The notes beneath the pieces were generated by a model. The model was not told where the DNA came from. It did not search any database and was given only the letters and a program-made list of their open reading frames with translations. A stretch of DNA of 64,000 bases from Auanema rhodensis (lineage: Eukaryota > Animalia > Nematoda): the NCBI GenBank assembly GCA_964057225.1, contig OZ059897.1, positions 12,214,001 through 12,278,000 on the forward strand. The letters are read 5' to 3'. Made by a program: the position numbers and the translations under genes. This document shows, piece by piece, positions 27,601 to 39,200 of this stretch (the first letter of the stretch is position 1; every line of letters starts with the position of its first letter).

Positions 27601-30600
27601 AAGCAGTTTTCCTTGGATGGCTTCAAGCTTCAAATGGGCAAGAGAAAAGAACATCGAGCTGAGGGCAGATAAGATATGCGAAAAACAAGAATGACAAGGC
27701 GTTCTAGACAATGTTAGAATTCTGTCAATCCAATTTTCATTTTTATATCTTGAGATGAGCTTTTGATCACAAATTGAAATAATAAAATAATATTTCTCTA
27801 TTCTATCATTTGGCTATCCTCTTCTTTAATTTATCAAATCACACAAGCATGTCATCAAGTTTAATATACGCATGAATAAATATGAAAATGACATGAATAA
27901 CATGAAAGATACCCAGATTTCTTAGATGACCTAACATGCTCATCGACCTTTTCCACTTTTAGTGATCAGACACTCATTTTCTTTCAACCAAAATTATCTC
28001 ATCTACTTCATTTTCAAATCTTGTTCATTGTTACTTCACCTCCCATTTACATTCACACGTTCTTTATCTTCTATGCATTTTTTGTGTCAAAATCTCGTGA
28101 TTTAATCAATTAGAAATGAACATGATCTTCAGTGTGAAAAAAGAGCAGAATGAAGACAAAAGAATCGAAGAATGGAAGTATATATGTATGATGCTATGTA
28201 TGAAATGAAATTGTCTTCTTGAAATTTGAACAAAAAGTTTTTTTTTAAAACATTATATGTTCAAAAAATCGAAATACATATTGTATATATATATAGAGAG
28301 AGAACTATATATAGAATGAAATATATATATATTTAAATAAAGATATTTGAGAATATGATGCTAGGTGACTTGCTTCAGTGGAAACGTTTAGACAATATAT
28401 TGAAATTGTTTCTCAAATAGAAAACTCCTGGGTTGAAAATTAGGAAGTAATCTGATAGAATGAAGTCCGACAAGCTGAAGCCACACAAAGAAATAAGATT
28501 TAACAGCAAAGTATAGATATGTTGTTCAACTATTTAATCCATGACGCAGAAAAAAATTGGAGGAAAACAGCAAGAAAATGAAACCATGTTGACAACTTGG
28601 CTCATTGTTTTAGTGGTTAATAATAAAACTAATAACCTGGATGAAACAGCAATTGTTATTTGATTTATCTTCTAATTAGAATTGAATTATATGACAATCA
28701 AATTAAAAAAAAAGAATGAAGAAAGCAAAACTTCGTAGTCTAGTTGAAATAAATGAAAGACCTGCAGTACTTCTCAGCAGAAAAGTTGAGAAACAAGGTA
28801 CAAAAACATATATTCGCAACTATGTCGACGTAATTTTAAGCTTTGACCAAGATGCATAGATTATGGCTTATGATTTGATTCAGAAACGAAAAAAAATTTT
28901 TTTTTGTTAAATGAACGCGTAGATATAGTGAGCATCGGTGTTATGCTATTCTACTGAAATATAGTAAAAACTATGTTAGAGACGATGTCGAAAAATAGAA
29001 AAAAAGAGAAAAGTGTGGGTGGTCGGTCGGTCGGTTAGCAACCAGATAGTCTTTATATTTCTTTTTCTCTATATATATCTATATAAAAAATAAGAGATGA
29101 ATCTATGTATTTTTTTAAGAAATAAGTGAAACGTAAGAAGGGGAAGGAGGTCGTTTTTCTTTTTTTTTGTGGTTTTTTAACAAAAAAAAGAAGAAAAGAC
29201 ATCAGCTTATATATATATACATATATATAAGTTTGTTGCTCTTTTTTTCATTTTTTTAAGCCGTAAGATCAGAAGTAATAAATGAGTATGACATTTAAGA
29301 AGAACGATGAACTACATTTCATCTATAGCTATTTCGATACCGAATAAGAAACAAGAATATAAAGAAAGAAAAAGCAATAGGCAGCAAGCGTGGGTGTTTC
29401 TTCGCGTTTTTTTTTGAGTCAATTAGCTTTTTCGAATGTGCAATTGCAACAAAAACCATGAGCTTGTTGCTTGACCACGAAATAGAAAGAAAAGTAGAAA
29501 AAAGGCTAGAGCAAAAGCAAAAAAGAGGGTGGAAAAGAATGAGAAAGATGGGAAGCAGTATTATCACAGAAAATCTGACAGAATTCAGAATATTGCACAA
29601 TGAAAGAATCGGAAGGATGAATCTAATGCTTCAACAAGAACATAATGTAACAAGTGATAGGCAATAAGAATAACGAACAATAGACGGTAATTCAGAATAC
29701 AAAATGGATTCGATGTATATGTCGATGTGAATATAATCATCTGAAGTATTACGAAATGGTGGATGTGAACAACGTCATCGCCGTCATCATTTTGTCGTCG
29801 ATGTAGATAAAGTATAAGAACAACAATAAGTATTCTGGCTGTTAAAACGATGTAGACAAAGTGCTCCACTGTGCTTGATGACCAGAATTCTACCAGATCA
29901 GATTTATGGAGTCAGTAAGCAGTTTCAAAATAAAAGGAGAAATGAATATAAATGGCAAATTAAAATGGGGAGAGAGGGAGAGGTGGAGACGGGCAATGAG
30001 CTATGAGAAGGATAAGATGTATAGCTGATAGCAAATAGTTTTAAAGCAACAATTCCGCCATGTCTGATGATGGCTATGTTAGAGGGGAGGCAACACGACC
30101 TCAGAATTGGCTGCAGCCTCCATATTAAATGAGTAGATGATGTTGAAGCTCAGAGTAGTCGATTTAGTGCCGGAGGCATGTTTGAACGCAATGACGACGG
30201 ATGTCAATGTCATCATAGCCGATGAAAAATCTTGACGACAACAAGACAGCTATGACTATATCAACTGTGTTTTAAGGGAAAAAAAGCTTCCCTAAGCGTT
30301 TTGTTAAAACTAAATAATTCCCTTTCTATTGCGCATTCTGAGAAAATGAATTAATACAACAAGGACAAAAAAAACTAATTTAATAAAGAAATAATGAAAC
30401 CAATGCTGCAAAACCTTTGACGTGCAAAGAAAACAGAACAAAACTTTGAATGAGGACGACGAAAACCCTACCCAGTGGATTAGTAACGGATAAGCTTGGA
30501 TCTCAGACTCTTTTGTGCAGAAAGAACAGAAATTCTATTTCTTTTCAGTTCTAAAACTGATGCCATCAAATCCTAATTTGACTAATTGCTTGCAAAATGT

Positions 30601-33600
30601 GTTATTTGTGATTTTGTATGATGAGATAAACAATAAAAAAAACGTCTTCAAAGCCATTCAGCCGATATTCACAAGAATTTTCTCAATAATGATAAACATC
30701 TTTCAATTGACATGAGACAATAATTAAAATTTTAACCTCTAAGTGCAAGAGCGTTATATTTATCTTGTCATCACCTTGATCTTCAAATATACATCATAGT
30801 ATGTGGAGACGCCTTTCATTTTATGCTTTTGTAATGAATGTGTGAGCATATTGATTGTTGCCAGGGGCTAACTCAGGAGAAATGAGGAAGAACATATAAG
30901 ATAATATATATTATAGAAGAAGAAGAGGAGCATGGAAATATTGGTAGAGAAAGACAACCGTTCTGTCCTGTCAACAAATTCCATGAAGCCTTTCTTCAAT
31001 TTAAGTGGAATTATCTATGGGTTGCAATGAGCTGAGTTTTTCTTCAAAAGAAATCTGTAAAGTTCAAGCAACAAGCCATGTGGCTTAACAATAATCTCAT
31101 AAACAAATCGTTATCTGATCGATCTGAACAAAAAACAACAACAACAGCTAATCATAATTACCACAATGATAGCATATTACTTAGGCATATTATTTAAATA
31201 ATTGCTCAATATGCTTTTATTTCGAAGTGCATAACATCTCAAATACATCTAGTTCTCCGATCCTGCAAGAGCATTTGCGGAGGTGGGTTCATCAGATCTC
31301 GAGATATACGAATTTCGGCCCACAGGCCAAACGAGTGCGGACGATGGCGATTAAGGAGAGATGAAAAATCAAGATGAATTCAAATTCAAAGAACAGATAA
31401 GGTAAAAGAAATTAAAAGAAAACAAGTAAACAAAGATGAAGCAGCAGAAATAAATTTGAATGTTATGCCTCAGGCATGGCTGTCAGATAAAATACTGATC
31501 TGCGTTTAATAGAATGTGTTCAAATTATACTTTAACAAGAGCAATTAGTAAAAACATTACTTTCATAATAAACAGAAAAAAGAAGACAGAATAGCTCTGA
31601 TTGGTTTTTTCATCTTCTTGATGTGTTGTACCACTTCGAAATTGTCAAAATACTTGAAGGATTGGAAGATGAAACTAATTGATCGGATATATAGAGGAAG
31701 AAACAACAAACACAGATGAAGAACAGATTGACGGTCAACTTGAATGTTATTGAAGTTTGAACAATAAGCTGTGAATCTGGTACGGAATATTGCAGCAAGA
31801 CTAAAAAAGGCCGCTCACGAATACAAAAATAGAAACAAACGGCTGAGCAAATCTGCTTTCGAATACACTAGGTGAGCGCGATGTTAAACTGCGACTACCA
31901 GGTCGAATATATGGAATATGAAGGGGAATAAATCAAAAATGAAGAATATTGATGTGAGAATTTCAGAAAAAAAGTGTCAAACTTGTTAGAACATAAGGAA
32001 AATCTCATTGGAAGGCGATGGAAAGAATGCATTTCGGACGAGCAGAAAGATGTGAATGAAAAGGGGCTAAGAGTGAATCATCATTTGAAGAAGTTACCCA
32101 TGAGAACAACAGACATGAACAGATATATAGAAAATGGGCAGCGAGCTAGTGGAAGAAATAGGGAAAAGATAGAGGATGTATGGATGATGGGAGAAATGGG
32201 GGGGAGGAAATGAAAACTCTTTGGGATTTCTTTTCCCTGCCTCTAGCTGTCTTGCTCTTTTTGGTTGTCTTGTAGTAGTGTCATGTATGCCTGCCGAATA
32301 TTCATGCTAGGCTCCAAAATACACAGCTTAGAGAGCCAAGCTATGAAGAAGAGACGACAAGGCGAAGGAGCGAGGAGGTGGAGTAGGAGGGAAGCAGATT
32401 CTGGATCAGAGATGGACAATGAAAGAAAAACTAGAAAAGAGAAGCGAAATAGTATGCAGAGCAAAGAGATTCAATGGAGAGGCATGAGAAAAATGGGAAA
32501 GAGGCCCATTTATGAAAAACTTCCGAGGAGGTGGAGGAGGAGGAGGGGGAGGAGAAGTAGGGAAAGACGACGATGAAGTAAGAAGAAGAGTAGAGATGAT
32601 GGGCAGAACGTCGAAAGCAAAGTATTTCTCTCATTAGAAGAAATACAGAGATGGACGTTATTTGGAGGATAAAGATACGAGATATAAACAAGAATGACAA
32701 AATTATAGTCAAACAGGCTTATATTGTCGCATACATGTGAGGATAATTATATATATAATAATACTAGAAGAAGATTATCTCAGACGTCCACAATTAAAAC
32801 TCTACTGTTCAATTGAAAAATACATAGTATAGTATATAATACAAGTAATAATCATAAAAGCCTTTTCGGATATTTCAAGAAAGAGCTACTGAATAAAGGA
32901 AATATTTACCTCGATGACAAGATAAGTTGTTTGGCTTGCATAGTGAGTAGGCAGAAGCTAAGCATTTCTTGAATAGAGCTCCTGACTGATATTGTGGCTT
33001 AGATTAGAAAATATTCGAATAGATCCACTGATAATGATGATTATACATCAGTAATCTTAGTTTCGAATACCGCAACAGCCATCCGGAACTTTTCCGGTCT
33101 CATGGGTTTGCATAACCTATCAGCCAAAAATCTCACGAGCCAAAGATTGAACACTATGCAAATCAAGAAAAAGCTTAAAAAGGAATTTTCATGCAGCGGG
33201 TAGATGAAACACATATACACCTCACGTACGATATAGATATGCTAATTATGATAATAACAACTTGGAGAATGCGATCAAATTCTCATGGAAATTCATGAAA
33301 CATCTTGCAAATATTATCATAACTAAACATATAACTTAAAATTTTAAACAATAGTATGAAAAAATTATTATTTATATATAGTGTTTCATCTTTCCTATTG
33401 ATATTTTTTTTTCGATTGGATAAACAAGGGAAAAAAGAATGAAATAGAGAGGAAGAGGGGGACGACAAGAGAAAAGGAGACAAGTGAGAAGGAGACATAC
33501 GATGACTGAGGGGGGGGGGAAATATATTAAAAAAAAGTAAAGAAAACTGTTGAATATTTCAGACAAACTACGACAAAACGAAAGACATTCTTTCCTATTT

Positions 33601-34497
33601 TTCGAAACAAAATGATAAACAATTCAGTTGAGAGATTCTTCTTTAAAGTTTTCTTAATATAACTGAGATATATTATATTCTTAATAAGGAAAAAGGACAT
33701 AAGCATATGTGTGAGAACCTGTCGTCTACACCGGGTGGATGTTTGAACGTCTGTGCCATCATGGATTCTGAGGACAAACGACGACAATGACAAGCTTAAT
33801 CATCCATTTAGCCATAAAAGTGAGCTAACATTTTCAATATACATAAAGCGCATATATTTAAAAAGAATATATCACTCAGAAGTATATTCATGTATATATG
33901 TTGCAAGTTAAGCGTAAAAAAAGGCAATTTAGACTTGTTTTTCCGCGAGCAACAGCAATTGAAATAAAAAAAAAGAAAGCAAGTCTAATATACAGCTCGA
34001 AATATAGGACACATAAAGATATTCATTGCAAAAAAAAGTTCTAAAAATTAAATTTTTGGAGAACAGCATGGTCAGCGTGCTTCTCATTGAAAAACACATA
34101 TAACTAAATCTGTATTAAATCTTCTGTTTTCAGACTGGTATTGAAGATAATATAGATGAGGTAGACATGATGCTATTCAAATAAGCAACATTTAAGAGTG
34201 TGAGGGAGGAGGGATGACGCTCCATACGAGTAGAAACTCGTATTCTATAGCCTTACGAGCTGTTGATGAAACTAAATCCAGGGACAAACAGGAGGCAGCA
34301 TTTGTTTGATTCATGGTTAATACGCAAAGCTCAATCGTTTTCAAATAGATCGCTATATGCGCAACCTGTACATCTCTTATTGCTATCCGCATTCGAACAA
34401 AAAGAAGAGAGAGGGGAAAAGGTTGGAAGAGAGGATGAAGAGGGAAAGATGAAAATATGAGCACAAGCTAGAAAGACATAAAAATAAAAGAAGAAAT

Positions 34498-34537
<40 letters not shown>

Positions 34538-36178
34538 ATTTGAATGTAGAAAAGCTTTGAACTAGAAAAATTTGAGCAAAATAGATGAAAAAAATGGAAA
34601 TTGTACATATCATAGAGACATAGACAAACAATTCAGGATCATTCAATATCAAAAGACAATAATAAGAGGAAGCAATTCACGAAGTGGTAGATGACGAATG
34701 ATTTTCAAAAAAGTTAAAGAGAGAAGAGAGACAATGATATTTTGAATATGCTATTCTTCTTTTATTTGGACAGGAGAATGGCGGACATAAGCTTTGTAGA
34801 TCACGGAAATGCTATGAATGTAGCTAGAGGCGAAAAGAAGAAGTAAATAATAAAATTGATGATAGAATAACAGGCGAGTTAAATTTGATAAATATCCCTA
34901 AGGTAATATTGATGGGATCGAATAGATCAGGTCAATTATTTAAAAAATAAAAAAAATAAACGAGCATTAATGGTGTGATACAATGAGAAAAACAGATTGA
35001 CATGACAGAGATGAGAGATTAAAATACAGAATCACATTACCGGGGGGATAGTTTGAAAATTGGTTTTAGCCCACGCATTTTAATAATATGAAAGAAACTT
35101 GCTGATATTAAAGATCAGGTCGTATTAGTATTTGAGCTGTTTTGAAGAACAAGTCACATTGCGAATGGCACAATGCAATCATTTAGAAATTATCGAATAA
35201 GAAAGCCGGACTTACAGTGAGCTGTTAAAGCTATCTCTGAGAACGTCACTGACTAAACAAAGAAAAAAGAAATGCTGGTGATGGACTGTCAAGCTTTCTT
35301 CGCTCCCCCCCCCTCTTTCTCTCCTCCTCATAAGGGTGATTAGCAGAGATGGTGAAAAGAGGTATAGAAGAACAGATTAAACAATCCCGATGAAACGAAA
35401 GCAAAAGCGGATAACAGCATATAAACGTCTGTCGTCGAGCAGCTCACTTTTTCAGGTCTTAACATCAAAATACTCCGCTAATCTGGATCAAATCTGATCT
35501 ACTGTGTTACAATATCAGCTTAAAAATCTATTGTTTAAAAATTATATATAATTCCAGTGTGGAAATATTCTATTTAAGCTGTATGAAATGATTTGAAGAA
35601 AATATATTTCATGTATAATTTGGTTATATATATATATATATATATATTCGCATAGTAGTTGAGCCTATTCGTATAAAATCCAGGCAATGCGAGATAGAAG
35701 TAGGTATTTCTAAATTAATTACTTCAAGATATCAATGAGCAAATGACCTTAGGGAAATTCAATTTTACGTCAGAAAAAGTAAGAATAAAACCTTAGAAGT
35801 GACAAATGAAATGAAAGCCAAAAAAGAAAATATGAAAATGAAAATATGAAAAATGAAAATCACAACCTTCACGCTTAAAATTTAGTATTTGTTTTGTTTG
35901 TTTTTGTTGAGTGAATAGAATAAAGTAAACTGATATATTTGTGAATGACACCATACTTTAAGAAAATAAAAAAAATAAACTAACCTTTGTTTTTTTGACC
36001 GTGTCCAATAGGAAATTAGGATAATTCCAAGAAGACCAAAAAGTATGAACAGGGAAAGAACAACAACAACAGCACGTAATGAGAAGCCACGCGGAGAAGC
36101 TGCTGAAATATAAAATATTTTTTAAATTTCTTAAAATAAAAATATCGGATTCATATTTTTCTCAAAGATAACTATATA

Positions 36179-36214
<36 letters not shown>

Positions 36215-39200
36215 AGTAAAATGAATAAATAAAGAAATATATATGAATAATGAATATGATATATCCTTAAAAATTAAAAATCCGGTTGTTAAATCAGCAA
36301 TACAGCATGGAGGCTTCAAAGGAAAAAAAAAATCTACCGATGCTTACGATAATTGTGTATGGACTACAAGAGTGCACATACTCCCGATTTTACGAAACTG
36401 GATTTATTTCCTTTTTTGTATTCGTTTCATCGTTCAGAATACGAAGCATTAAAACAGGGAGGGCTAAGATGAGAATAGGACAAGAATAGGATGATTTTAG
36501 TTCAAAATTGAAAAGTTGCTCTCGAGAGAAAGGTGACAACGATATGTTATCACATGTACAGTGTGATGCACATGTTTTCAAGTATATTGAAACAAATATA
36601 AATATATTATGAAAAATAATTTAATATTTGTTTCATTTTGAATTAAAAGTTAAAATTAACATGAATAAATCGTCTTTTTTCATGTTGCTGCTAGTGTAAA
36701 CAAATCCTGAAACAGTCACGCTTCAAGGCTTTTAAAAGGGGAAAGCTATTACAGCACAAGAATACGATCTGAGCAATTTCAAGTTATATGTATATCCAGA
36801 GATATGACATTAGCAAACATTAATACAGAGTTTTCAGAATCGCATCTTGAGAAATTATCAGCTTCATAGCAAATATATTTTATATACTATATGCTATATA
36901 TATATAAATAGTTAGAAACATCATAAGAAAAGATTAAAGATGAAAAATGATTTATATTATTCTATATGCCTTGAAAATATCAGTTTGAGTTAGATATACA
37001 TATATAAAAGCAGATATGTACGTATATATGTATATAGTTAAATGAATGTATATATAATTATAAGAGAAAAATCGATTTTCTGAATGTAGTATGACCAAAT
37101 TTAATTTTTTACTCAAAATTATTAGATAAGTCTATTTAACATATCAAGGTTCGGACGCGTAGGTGATATGCGAAAATGAAGGAAAAACACTTGCATTTTC
37201 AGAGAAAAATTAGAAAAAGAATGAGAGATAATGAGCTATAGCTTTTAAGCATGGGAAATGTTATGTTTTTTAACAGCTTATCTATATTATCTATCTATCT
37301 ATATATCTATATCTATATATATGTATAATATATTCTAGAAATTGATAATAAATTTGAAGTGATTAGAATAAATATGACCTGAAGTTATAAAGAACACTGA
37401 TCATTAAACAGCCAGAAGAAGCTGATAAACCTTTGCAAAGAGCTAATTTCCGGTTTTTTACAAACACCGTTTTTCAAGCTGTTGATTTTTTCAAATGTAA
37501 ACAATAGAAATGGATGAATAAACCATAAATGACACATCTGACTTATTGGCCGACTATTATATATGAGAACAACGAATCAAACTATATATGCTAGCAAGTG
37601 ATAAGATAGCAAAACAGTAGAACTTAATTCTGAATAAGTCATATTAATTTTGAAATCTGCAAATAAGCAGGGGAAGTAAAAATTTGAAAAAAAAATTGTT
37701 AACGCATGATTGACAAAACATTAATGCGTAGGCATGATAAGAGATTTTTGTGTATAATGAAACAAGAGTATTTAGTAGTATTATATACTTGATTAAACAA
37801 AAATAAAATACTTTTATCTAAATATCTCGATTATTATGAATTTATTTTCTCTCTCACTATTCCAATCCTACATTTCAAATTAAATCCGCACAATTGTACC
37901 TAGTCATTAAAGCCAAAGCTTTTATTGCTTCTTATTCTCAATTCATTTCGTACAACTAGATAATACCCTTTTAAAAATTAAAAATAAAATAATATAGTTT
38001 ATGTTGCTATAGGATATAACTTTCTCTTTTTGTATGGTCATATCATTATAAATATAAAGTCATAGATATCCAATGACGCTTGTTTACAATTCACCCACAC
38101 ACAATACGCCCAACAATCCGTAAAAGGTGTTGAAAAATGATGAAATGATGTATAATATCTTTACTATATATATATAAGTATATATATATACATAAATTCT
38201 TTCATAATTCAGATTATTGGTTAGTGTAGGACAGTGAGAATCATTTTCTATATCAATCAAACTGTAAATGAGTGTTGAGAATCAAATAAAGAGACACGAA
38301 TCATTAATTCTCTACATTAACACGTACTTTTCTACAGGTGTGCTAATAATCTATCTAGAAATAGAAGCGGAACAACAAATGCGTCTGATATTTGTATCGC
38401 TAGGACAGCTCAAACACTAGTTTTAACTTCATCTATATCTCTCTAGACTCTTATGTCTGAATCTCAATATTCTATATTTAGTAAAATATGAAAACAAAGA
38501 CATATAATAATACAAAGACATGAGAAATTAAAGCTTGAAAAACCGTATGGCAATATTAAAGATTATTGAGAGAATGAAATAAGATGAGAATGATAGAAAT
38601 AGGGGAATAGTCGTCTCAAAGATGCTATCACAAAGCCACGTGGGAGTAAAAAAGCAAAACAGTTCAATACGTGAATAAAGCAGGAAATTGAACATGTATA
38701 AAATAACAATTTCTGTAATATAGTTCATAAGAAAAGAAAAAAAGAGCGGAAAACTTCAAAAGGGAGAGTGTAGAAAATAAAATAGTGACGACTTCGTAAA
38801 TTAAATAAAAACATCAAAAACATCTCATTGACTCTTAAATCGTGTGAAAGGTTTCGAGCATTTTCTCTGTGATTAAGAGCGACATCTAAGTGTGCTTTTA
38901 CAACTGCAAGTATTAACAGATGATACGTTACTGCTGTCATAGCTGTTGCTGCTGGTAGTACTACTGCCGCTGTTTCAGTTCATTGTTAAAATTAAAGCAA
39001 ATGATTAGATATATTGCAAAATGTTGTTAATAAACATAAAAATATAAAAACAATACTGAATAGTTTTGTTGACAACTTGAAGATTTAAACTTTTTTTTGC
39101 AGGAAAATAGGAATAGAATAGTTAGAAATTTAAAAAGCCGTTAGAAATTTTTGTTGCTTAACCGACAGAAATGCAGCATTGAGTCTAGGCAATTATTGTT

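Noticed and set aside
31974-32712. Arg/Glu/Lys-rich ORFs antisense in the dep-1 intron
   Set aside because: Explained by purine-rich low-complexity sequence.
34192-34464. 90-aa ORF with a gtaagg donor in the dep-1 intron
   Set aside because: Its donors fall in phase 1 or 0, incompatible with the phase-2 downstream exon.
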